NCBI GenBank assembly: GCA_017499595.2
Contig: CM039005.1
Location: 1,612,001 to 1,676,000 of the forward strand
Direction of reading: 5' to 3'
Source: Psilocybe cubensis
Taxonomy: Eukaryota
Length of the DNA stretch: 64,000 bases
Both the position numbers and the translations under genes were made by a program. The notes beneath the pieces are model-generated. The model was not told the DNA's origin. It was given only the letters and a program-made list of their open reading frames with translations, and searched no databases. This document shows positions 53,001 to 64,000 of the stretch, piece after piece (the first letter of the stretch is position 1; the number at the start of each line of letters is the position of its first letter).

Positions 53001-53439
53001 AAGAGTGGCGCAAGAATTCAGTGCGTTCATATTTTACCGATAAATCGAGTTAGCTTTCTTTCTTATGTGATTCCTTCTCACTTACTCAGTCATCTGCTGA
53101 CAGGTGTAACCTTCATACTGAAAACCTCGGGAGAACCGACTTACCTACAGGCCTATTTCTCTACTTTACACACAGACGTCGCCGGCTCGCTTCTTATGCC
53201 ACTTGGAGTTGAATGGTAGTCTGTATTGAAAATCGAGAAGGTGATGAGAACGACAAGATGTACGTTTACGCCAGGGGCCAAGCCGAAATCTGCATTGGCA
53301 AGAACCTCAACACTCCATCCTACACGTGATTTCACTTGTGAAGAAACAATTCGAATTTGATTGAAATTGTCTTTAGGCCATCGATATGATCAAATTTCCG
53401 ACGTATTAATTACAGGACTTTCTCACCTCCCTTCAGTTA

Positions 53440-54337
53440 ATGTCGCCCTCTAGTCTGTTTCCCTTCAACGCCCTTCCAGTTGAACTTCAACGAGAAATTT
53501 TTCTTGTGGCAGCAGCAGCAGATCCGAGCCATGCTCGCCAACTCGTCCTCGTCGCAAAGCGGATGAATTCATGGTGAGGTCATAAAATAGTCATTTGACG
53601 TGTCCGAGTTACTGACTGGGTAGCCACCGACTCATAGGGTCCAGCCATGCATTTATAACATGGTCGCGCTGGGCTCAGTAGATACTGCCCTTTTTTTGCG
53701 AACGATGGACTCAATGCGGTCGAGTTTTTTTGCCACTCATGTCAAGAAACTCTGTCTATCTGTTTCAGTTCGAGCAACAGACGCGGAGCGGATTATACGA
53801 GTCTGTACAGGCCTGTTCGATTTGGCATTCTGGGTGGACTACCTTGCCACATTTCCCAATCGCCCATTGTCGCCCATTCTGTGTTCACTGCCTCTACGCA
53901 GGCTATCCATTGAGTACAAGCATTTTATCTCTCTAATCTCGGAGCCAGAGGTACACCTTCGGTGGTACAATACACTCACTCACCTCGACATCATATTTTG
54001 GAGACGTCGGTCTGCCCAGAATATTCCACATTTAGAAAGGTTTCCTCGCCTAACACATTTGTCCCTGCGACTTCGACATGACAGTCCTAGTGAAAACACT
54101 TTAACTGCGATGCTATCTGCCTATAGGCACATCAAGTTTTTTATCATTTTGGACAATACCGAAGCATCAGACGGCGAAGAATTCGTGTGGCCGACGAATC
54201 CCAGGGTAGTCTATATCCCCTATCCTCTGAATGTCGTTAAGGAATGGGAATCTCAAGCGAGAGATGAACCTAACTGCCTTTGGTCGAGAGCAGAAGAGCT
54301 AGCGCGGACATATACAGTGGAACTCGAACGTCAGTGA
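53440..54337 (+). CDS. F-box-like/LRR-like Agaricomycete protein
   Basis: Exon 1 LPVELQREIFLVAA..QLVLVAKRMNSW|VQPCIY, followed by LTHL-type repeats. Confidence 0.7.
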
Positions 54338-55483
54338 TCTTGGTTCAAGATGTTCTGTATATCACAACTGAAGCAATCCATTCTCAGGATCTTCTGCGTC
54401 TGCTATCCGGCATCAATGTGGATGCCTGTGATCTGTAAGTCAGACAAGCCGTGGCAAAGGCAGCTTACGGGTTCAAATATTCACAACCTCCCTTCCCTTC
54501 CCATCATCGAACAACGAGATTTAGACTGGCGGACCGAGTTCCGCACCCAAGTAAAATCATGATTATGGCATGCGTTGCCTTAAAAACGTTTTCATCACTC
54601 GACACAAGTTTTTATACAAGTGGTAGAGTTCCTGTTTAATTTTTCATTCACATCATGGAAGTTGGATGAGAGGATATTTTTACCCCGCAATTTAGGTGCT
54701 CAAATGGAGCTGAACCTTGGCGATGTTCTCGCATCTACCATGCATCGATGGTTCTGCCGTGCAGGATAATCCATGCTGAGGAGGCTAGCCAGCGCGAGCG
54801 AACGGCGGTCTGGCTAAATTTACTCACACGACCGATGACCTCGAGGCCTCGTAGGACCGAACCTAAGATTCGTGTGAGTAAAAATCAGAGTCTTGACATC
54901 AATGGGTCACTTTTCCAGTTATCCTAATGAATTACACATTTTTTAGGTTTGGATTTGCTCCAATGAATGACCTCCCGTTGATGTGAGTCTTGACAGTCAA
55001 GATCGAGGATACTAGTAGTGTACGCGAAGTTAAGCGAGATATATGTAATACGTACATCTCTTGGTCACTCATATGTACAAGGATATACTTCTTGGATCAT
55101 ATATTCTAAATCGAAACTTTATTCAAAAGTTTGAAGCTCCTCGGAGCGACCACGCAACACAAGTCGTACCGTCCTAAGGGGAAAACGGTGGAAATCAACT
55201 TTATTTCAATGTGCCAGTCAAATGCTGAGAGGTCCGAGATTATTGATGACCACCAACGATTACTTACGCCAATATTTGAAGTTTCGGGCTTTGAACTGAA
55301 CTAGAAGTAGAGTGTTGAAGAACTTTTAATTAATATGGAACCGAAATATAACTCTTGGCAAGAACCCCCTTCGTCGAGCGATGTATCGCGCACAACGTAC
55401 AACTCGATCAAATAGATCACACTCATACTGAGTCATACATGACAGATTAAAGATATGATTTGGGAGATAATAGTCCGTCTTGA

Positions 55484-56690
55484 TCAAGTGTGTTTCTTTG
55501 CTATCTCAGCATATCGCTCCTCCCAACCGTCTTGGGTTGGTATTGATTGAATTAGCCAGTTCATGCGTCGACTAAACTTCTCCAAGTCGCGGCCATTGTA
55601 GTAGTTGTGACCGCCCTTGGGGAATAAGATGAATTTGTTTTGGTCATCGTTATTATCAGATTCGACTCGGAACAAAGCGTGCTCCGCCTCCGTGGAAGGT
55701 GTTCTGTATAGTTTCCCACCAACTAGGTAAAAGGGTTCCTGGCAGAAATGACGATAACCAAAACGTGTGGGTGGGAGGGCAGGAACACCTATGCATAGAA
55801 CACGAATCAGATAGTTAATATACCGAGGTTACAAGAGGGAGCTCACCATCGTTATACCCTTTAACAACATATTCAGTAAAGGCGTCATTACCCTCTCTTT
55901 TCCGAAAAGCGGCGACCAGTTCACGATAATAATCCACAAGTCTGGCGTCGCCTGCTCTCGGACAACCGAAGACCGCTATCTTCAGACGTAGCCGAGGCAC
56001 CAAGTATTCGTCGTGTGCGAGTAGTTCAATGCCCAGCAAATAGCATATACTCCCACCCATACTGTGCCCAGTTAGTACTAATTCAGCGGGGGAATGAGAG
56101 GTGATGCCTTGACGAATTAAATCTAAAACAATCGACCGTATGCCTTGGTATAATGCCCAGAAGCCACTGTGGACCGAGCCTCGTTTAGATGGATGTGAGG
56201 TTTTCAGGACGCGTAAATCTTGAAAAGCATGCTTTATGGACGATGTCCCAGATACGGCCACCAATAATTGCTTTGTGGAAGGCCGATAAATTACATTGAC
56301 AGGAAGATCCGCAAAGGTCCCTCGGAATGAGCTTAGTAGTTTAACATCGCCGAGAGCGTTGTGGTACTCCAGAGGATACCCCGGTTGCCTGAGCTTTTCA
56401 TAATTATCAAGGATGAATTCAGTGGGAACCAAATTATATGCAATTTCCGCAAACTCCCCTTCGTCGTGGTTTTCGAGTCAACAATGACGCATACAGGTGA
56501 TGAAGAAAGATTGCTCACCCAATTCCGCCAGTTCTAGATACAGGCTCTCGGGCGCAAGGTCTGCTTCCGTGAGAGTGTACGACGAATATGTTGCAACTAT
56601 TTTTGATATCCAGCGAAAGTTTTCTGCTTTCTCCGACGCATACATTCGACGTTGTTCTTCCGTCAGGTTATATGATGTCAAAGAAAACAT
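55484..56690 (-). CDS. Class 3 lipase (start codon uncertain)
   Basis: VAVSGTS, VHSGFW, LTGHSMGG, FGCPRAGD, NDGVPALPP and GGHNYY. Confidence 0.85.
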
Positions 56691-57164
56691 AGCTAAGGCT
56701 TTCTTGGCCGACCACACAGAAGGAGATTTGAAGTATCTGGATGCGTTCAACTTCAAGGCGAGAGCTGCGGTTTCATCACTGTTCAGAATGCTGATATGGT
56801 TGTATCTCCAATCGGTTCTGGACAGCTAGAATTGAAAATACACGCATGACAAAAGGCAATGAGCCGAGAACCTTCCGATTCCAATTGCCCACTCTTCGCT
56901 ATATAAACCAAATAGTTTTACAGGTGCGCATCGAGGAGATAGAGCTTGGCGGACAATGGTGTTGGAGGAAAGACTTAAAGCTTCTCAAAATAGTGGGACA
57001 GTGGTCACGTTGTCGGTCCAGTTATGATGGACCTGGCGGGGCCTATGATCATGGAGCCAGGACTAACGCGATCTAGAGCCTTCTTCTCAACTTCCATGAG
57101 CTCTGACAATCGATAGCGACGATAATTTGCCAACAAAGTCGAAATATACACCGGAAATTGATAT

Positions 57165-59139
57165 ATGTCGACAAGCAAAAGGCTCTCTCAATCCCTAACC
57201 GGCAGTTGGAAGGATGCTTCGACTTACTTTAGTCCTCCGACTTACGTCCCCTCGGCAGATGAGGATATAGAGGAGTGGTTGGCAACTTGGAGAACAGTAT
57301 TCGCCCGTGGTATGTTTCTATTGCGTCTGATAAAGCAAGCACTCATATTCATGGCTCATACATAGACCTGATTGATTCCAGAATAGTACCTATCGATGCA
57401 GAGACAAGTGTAGAAGAAGCTTGTGAAGTGAGTGAACTATGTTTCCGATTAGAAGATATTGTCTTACAAGTATTTATACAGTTATTATTGGCGGAGGACA
57501 TTCCTTGCCTAGTCGTCAGGGACAGACAGTCTGTACCGAACGTTGGACTGCCCTATCATGGCCTATTCGATGTATGACATGGATTATCGGTCAATTGCGT
57601 GTGCAGTTACTGAGCATTTCGTCAGTTTGCTGATGTTAACGCCTTCCTGACTTTGGCTGCTACCAGGCATACCCTCTTGCCTGAAGACCTTCGTGAAAAT
57701 CCGCGCATAAACGATATTGTAACAGCAGCCAAAGCTGGTCGGGTTCCGGTTCATCTTGTCAGCAGTATGTGTCTCTTCTACTTTATAAGTCTTTATGTAA
57801 GCTCAGAATTGTGTATACACTATATAGATCTCTCTCAAAAGAATCCGATTGAGATACTTCCCAACAATGCCACAATCTTGTCTTTGTTAGAGGTGTTTTC
57901 TAGGGGAGCGCACAGAAGTATGTATATTGATATCATTTGGAACCAGGCTAACAATGCATCCCAGCTTTAATAAGGTCGTCTATGAACCCGGATGAATTCG
58001 TCGGCATGGTCTCAGATCGTAGACTCTTATCTTGGTTTGATTCTTATGCTCGCGAAACACCATCGTTTCAGAAGTACCTCTCCAACCCTCTCCAGTCTCT
58101 TTCCCTCCCTTCCCTTAATCTAAATGCTGCAATAGTTGCATCAAAGTCGTCAGCTACTATCTTGGATGCAATGAAACTCATGAGCGAGCAAGGTGTCAGC
58201 AGCATTGCAATTACCGAAGAACAGCGGGGAATCTTGCTGAGCGCTGTCAGTGTTACCGATATAGGAAAGGTAAGAAATTTCTCTTAACTTATATAACGAT
58301 AGCCCTTGTTGAAGATATTGCAGTTTGTCGTCCCATCCCAGAGTAACCAGGTTTTGGCAACACCTCTGCACCACTTTATTGCTCAGATCAAGGTTCGCCT
58401 CACAAACCAACGAATGTTACATATGTGCTCAACAAATAAATTGCCTCAAGGAAATTGATGGTTCAACAGATGGTGCTGACAGATACCCAGGTAAATGAAC
58501 ACCTTATTTTCTTTGCCAAGGTATTGAAGTCGATATAGTTTATTCCGTGTTCCCGTCCAGTGTACTATCCTACACAATAGAGAAGCTATTGGCTAGTGAG
58601 TATTTATCTTTCACTAGTATAGTCCATTCCTAACAAGTGTGCTTCTTTGATAGCTAATGCCCATCGCCTTTTTGTGACAAGAGAATCTGGGCTAGCTTCC
58701 CCGACACTATCACCATCCTCTCAAGGCAATTTGACAGGGATTGTATCGATAGTCGACAGTATGTTCAGTCAATTACTCCTCCGCCGATGCTGACGTTATT
58801 TCCTCGGCAGTTTTGTCTCTGTTTGCACGAGTTGCAAAGATAGAGAATATTGATCCTACACAGATGCAGCGTCACCGGCGTGCTTCCTCTGCTTCGTCGT
58901 CAATTTCTGACAGAGATTTGTTCAATCGATCAAGGTCGAATAGCCGGACCAGCATCAGGAAAAGCCCTGCTGTTCTCGCTTCAAGTCCGCCCAATAGCAA
59001 TAGCGGGATTTCCGTTCTCGATCTGCTGGATAGCTCCAGAAGTCCGGTAAACGTGCCGGTGCTGGATTCCCTCGCGCTGCAGCGCAAAAGCAGTCGGCGT
59101 AGCATTCCAGTACCAGTGAAGAAGGAATCTATTGGTTAA
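57165..59139 (+). CDS. SDS23: CBS-domain protein Sds23/Moc1
   Basis: IDAETSVEEAC, GLFDFADVNAFL, GAHR, GMVSDRRLL, MSEQGVSSIA, SVTDIG, EKLLATNAHRLFV and GIVSIVDILSLFAR. Confidence 0.8.
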
Positions 59140-59526
59140 TCGCATAATGAATGATGTTTCTGGGGTACGTTTCTGTAAGTTCTAAGCACATTAATACTGG
59201 ATTTTATGCACACAACATGTCTGGTGAATCTGTATTTGTTTTATCGTGTACTCGTACAATAGATGGACAATGTAGTAATATCTATGTTTCCTCTGACTCG
59301 ACCGATCTATGTAAAAAGGAATCGCCTGACATGATTGGCTGGTTCATAAAGCACCCGGCCGATTATACTTCGCGGCCGATGGTCCGATGCCCCAGAAGGT
59401 GGACTCTTTCGTATACAATGACTACCCTTTCGCTTCATTTCATTCATATCCTCACTTTTATCCCCTCTCTTTTTTATTTTCTTTTCCTTTATCTCGCTCA
59501 TAGTCCTTATACAAAAATCAGTAAAA

Positions 59527-61594
59527 ATGTGTGATATCAATCACGCTGTTGGGTTGTCTGTTCCACCACATACCCCTCATGCAATCTCGGTCTCTTTGCC
59601 GACTTGGCGCGACAATGTTGGCTACGAAGAAGGGGAAAAACGTGTAGTGGATAGCATGGTGACAGGATACCCAAGGTTCTTCATCCACCTGAGCATACAG
59701 AAGGTGAACTAGATGTCGTTTTTATCTTTAGGGGCAAAGATTGACGTGACCTCCAATTTGGTAGCTCGCTGCGATCTGCGAACGCAAGTATGCGGTCGGG
59801 AACGAGGCCTGCATGCTATTTGCTACACAGAAGATCGCAGACTTGTGTCGCTCGTATATTCATCAGAGATCTGCCGCCCTTGGTACTCCAGTGAACGCTC
59901 GACTGGTTAACTTGTTCATATGTCCGCCAGACGAGGGGCATGCCAACATCGACAAGGCGAGTATCGGCGGTTCTTGTGTGGATTTGAATATCGTTTTGTT
60001 CCCAAGGGAGTCTTTCTCTGTGGCCAAAGAATTCTGGCAACATACTGGATTGGGGATTTCAAGCCGTCTTGCAGAGAAATGTCTATCTCTGTTGCCGAAC
60101 TCTACCTCAAACTCTCAGCCCCTTGGTGGCCCAACGGCGAAGCGAATTCCCGCTAAGGGGCATAACAGACACTACTCCGCCAGCAAGACCTCTACCTCGT
60201 TCGTCAAATCCAAAGACATATCCTCTTCAACAGCCACCGATGACTCAAACCCCGATTCCCTCTTTATCGAGGAACGGTATGGACGAAACCTTCCTTTGGA
60301 AGCCGCCGCCTTTGCCAAGCGTGCACTCCGATTAAGAGTAGCTGGTACCATTAGAGAAGGAGCGACTACCCCTACATGCTCCGCGAAGGACTTCGAGATT
60401 GGGCCTAGTACGCGAGGTATCGCAGACGTCGCTGCCGACGATGTCTACTTGCAGCCCAGTGGCATGACTGCCATCTGGATGGCTCATCATATGGCACTCT
60501 CTATCCGACCTGCTGCTAAGAGTGTTTGTTTCGGGTGCGCGAACAATATGTGCTAAGATGTGTCGTAGCAGCTAACCCATATCTTATTCTCGTAGATTCC
60601 CGTATACTGATACCCTGAAAATCCTTCAAAAGTGGGGTCCTGGATGCCATTTTCTGGGCTTCGGTATCGACAGTGATATCGATGAGCTCGAAAAAATCTT
60701 AGAGGCTGAACAGAAACTCGATCCTACGAAACCGCCTATTCTCGCCCTCTTTACTGAATTCCCTTCAAATCCTCTTTTACGATCTGCCAATTTACCCCGT
60801 CTTCGTGCCTTGGCCGATAAATACGACTTCCTCATTGTTATCGACGAGACTATTGGAAATTTCGTGAACGTAGAAGTTTTACCTTTTGCCGATATTCTTG
60901 TTAGCAGCTTGACGAAGGTGTTCAGCGGAGCTTCCAACGTTATGGGCGGGAGGTATGTTCATCATCGTCATTAATCTGTCCACAATAGCTCACTGGGGTT
61001 CTGTGACCCAGCCTTATTATTAACCCCAGAGGGGCCCATTACGCTGCCTTGAAAGACTGGCTCAAAGATAACTATGAAGATATCTACTTCGGTGAAGATG
61101 CCATCTACATGGAACGCAACTCGCGTGATTTCAAACGTCGCATCCGCGTCATCGACGCCAACGCCGAAGCCGTGTGCGACTTTCTCCATTCCCGGTCTTT
61201 GGCTGGAGGAGCTTCTTCTGCGGCCATTAAAAAAGTATACTATCCCAAGTATATCACGAGGGAGAACTACGATAAATGCCGCATCAAGACAGTCGATCCT
61301 GTCGATGGCAAAGTTGGTGGATTTGGTGGCTTGTTCTCGTTAACATTTACGTCGCTCGCTGCGTCCGAAGCGTTCTTTGACGCTTTGCCGTGTTACAAGG
61401 GTCCCAGCCTCGGAACCAACTTCACTCTGGCCTGCCCCTTTACTATCCTCGCGCATTTTGGAGAACTGGATTGGGCAGCCAAGTATGGCGTAGAACAGGG
61501 TTTGGTTAGGATCAGTGTTGGTATGGAGGACACTGACACATTGCTGAAGTCCTTCGAAAAGGCTCTGTCTGCTGCTGAGAGTGTCACTGCGTGA
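59527..61594 (+). CDS. STR2: Cystathionine gamma-synthase (PLP-dependent, STR2/met-7-like)
   Basis: [60 protein letters not shown] and [14 protein letters not shown]. Confidence 0.9.
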
Positions 61595-62312
61595 CCATGC
61601 TTTTTTTCCTTTTCCTGTTCTTTTGTTTCTCTCGTTTTCTAGGGACGCTAACTGTTTGGCTTTCATCACATTGCATCATCCTCCAACAGGACACTCACAT
61701 TTACCTTTGTATCCAATACCTTGTATCCAACTACAACACCTCTTGTATCAACGCACATCCATATCTAGATTCGATTATATGCCCATATTGTTACCATGCT
61801 AGTGCTTTATCTCCCTGTCTGCGTGCGAATAATCAACCCTCGCGCCTTGATTCGTCGATGATCTTGAAGAGGGGCATTGCAGCCCCAGCCAACGTAGGTT
61901 CCTTCCGACCCATTATCAAGTTTTCTTGAATATCCCGCTGCCACTGCCATCATTGAGCATAATTTCACCTCATCTACTTTGCGAGTGGTCGGCCTATATC
62001 GTCGAGGAATAATCAAGCATGCAGCTTCAGAAACGATGAACTACTGACATAGCCTATGGAGCTCCGGCCTCCCCGATCATTCCCACCGATGTTAGTTAGA
62101 GGTACGAATGTCAGGTTGGGATAGCAATACATGACGATTACTGAGGATCTGTATCATCTACCCGAATGGCCTACAGCTTTAGTTGAATGCCTGTCAAGGG
62201 TCGACCGGGATGTATCTAACCAAACGTAAATTCTGGTAGACGAGTTCTATAAAACGAGGCTATATGACAGAATCCAGAACTTGATATGAAATAGGAGGCT
62301 TACAACTACATC

Positions 62313-63954
62313 TTACATGTAAGGTGCTACAAAGTCCACTACACGGATTGTATCAATCGGTGAAGCATAGCACATACGTCCAGAGACTGGACATAACGTC
62401 ATCAAGAAGCGATCGACAGGTGACGTTTCGTGCCAGCCCATTGAATGCTGTAGGGGACGCCTAGGTGCAGAAGAAATTTTGGACCACTGAAACGGGGTGG
62501 CCACTATGTTGACCCCCCGATCAGAACTCCAATACATGAAGGTATGTTCATTTGAGATTCGGTATTCCTCAAGATAGCCATCGTCGGAAGGTAGTTTGAA
62601 TTCTCCCACTTCATGCACACAGATCTGCTGCTCCCCTTTAGCAAGCATATTTGTAGCTGAAGGTAAATCCAGTCGATAGCGGGAGACCTCCACGCTCTCC
62701 TCGCTGAAAGAGAAAATGATGTCGATTTCAAAAGGTTGGTTAAACCCGTTATACCATTCGTCGAGAATCTCGACGTTGTACCCAGAACTAGGTACACCAT
62801 GACGCAGATCAAGCGATAACCTTTTGAGGGGTTCCAAATCTTGAATGACCTCCGCTTCGACGCTTCCACAAGGATGTAACTGTGGGATGGCCCAAACGAA
62901 TATAGAATTGCTGTTGCATAGGACAACAAATTCATCCCTAAGAGTAACCTCAATTGAGCTGTCAGGATTACTTGTATAAAATTACAGTAGAATATGGACA
63001 CGGACCCTATCAAAGTTTCCAGATAGAGGGACAGTCCATGAAGCTTTGGTATCCGACACGAAATCCCACACACAGATACTATTGTTGACAATCATGGCTA
63101 ATTTATTGGCGGATAATGAGTAAGGCTGGTGGTTGCGGTCATCAAGTATAATTGTATGTGTCGCAATTTTGTGAAAAGAAGAATTAGGATGTGTTGGAAA
63201 TATTTCATAGATTACAATACTTCGATTCCTGTTGGACTTGAGCATCGGCAGACGAAGGAAGACACTGCGATTCCTATGAATATAACACCCACCATCGATT
63301 GTCAATGTGCCAGGCATCTGAGTAAGATAGGAAAAGGATGCCCTGGTTATCAGGTGTCAGATGACAGGGATGAGGCCCTCCAAAAGGTGCCTCGTCGAGA
63401 ATTGCTATGGGGTAACACTGGGATAAATCTTTATACATCCCAGGGGTCCCAAGGTCCCAAAGCATTACGGTTGGCACATTGATACTGACCCTGTGCTCTG
63501 ATAACAAGAACCGACCTCCCGGAATGAGATATAGCTGAGTCACTTCTTCTAAATCAGGCACACGTTGGTGCAAATTCCAAAGATCGATACAATGACGGCC
63601 AAAGGTCTTCAATGGCCCTCCAGAACCATGACTTCTAAGGAGATTGTTGAGAAACGTTGAAGGGGATGCAGTGGCATGCTCGAAATCCTTCAGGTGCATA
63701 GTATCCACTGAGTAGGTTGTTGGTAGAACAGTGTTCTCAAGGCACATAGCTCGAAATCTATCTTTCCATAGAGACAGACACATAGAGGCAGCGTAGAAAG
63801 AAGAGCAAACCTAGATCAGCCCATCAGTAATACAGCAACCATCATGTTAAAGAGTTCGACTTGCCGGTCGGAACCCTATTATTATATCTTGTGGGGGCAA
63901 GAAGGCTAGGATTTCCAATAAAACATCCAATGGAAAATGCGACATTCGTCGCAT
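62313..63954 (-). CDS. F-box protein (Agaricomycete type)
   Basis: MRRMSHFPLDVLLEILAFLPPQDII..FRP|VCSSFY...SLW, LIPGGRFL and C-terminal LCPVSGR. Confidence 0.75.
63811..63864 (-). other. GC-AG intron (54 nt) inside F-box motif
   Basis: CGACCG|gcaagt...ctgatctag|GTTTGC joins the two halves of the F-box in frame. Confidence 0.7.
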
Positions 63955-64000
63955 TGTGTTAGTATATCGAAACTCCAACAAGTCGGTATCTATCCTGCCA

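Noticed and set aside
25545-61594. Methionine/one-carbon gene cluster (FAU1, methyltransferase, HOM6, STR2)
   Set aside because: The genes are spread over 36 kb among unrelated genes, and I saw no shared regulatory signal. Likely coincidence.
1-64000. tRNA, rRNA, CRISPR arrays, autonomous transposons
   Set aside because: By eye I found no cloverleaf, rRNA-like segment, spaced direct-repeat array or transposase/RT ORF. Intron-containing tRNAs could be missed without tRNAscan-SE.

Overview
Intron-rich fungal genomic DNA. Short GT-AG introns of about 50-60 nt with CTRAC-like branch points and the gene content point to an Agaricomycete mushroom-type basidiomycete (inference). About 26 protein-coding genes can be reconstructed. 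Recognisable ones are RPN3, an NDUFA12-family gene, FAU1, a C2H2 transcription factor, GPI19, EXO1, an EFM7-like methyltransferase, a secreted beta-carbonic anhydrase, HOM6, SDS23, a STR2-like cystathionine gamma-synthase, a class 3 lipase and two F-box-like genes. There is also a 592-bp TA-flanked MITE. The most interesting part is the first 20.5 kb, which holds four paralogues of an uncharacterised WW-like multi-TM membrane protein. Two of them sit head-to-head with a small spliced acidic protein gene that the ORF track shows only in pieces or not at all. These two small proteins share only an acidic tract, an identically placed phase-2 intron and the motif RGxxVGPVAGxR, which suggests a duplicated two-gene module (membrane protein plus peptide partner). 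A Pro/Tyr-rich gene, a candidate WW ligand, lies in the same cluster. All gene models were spliced by eye and no database searches were run.
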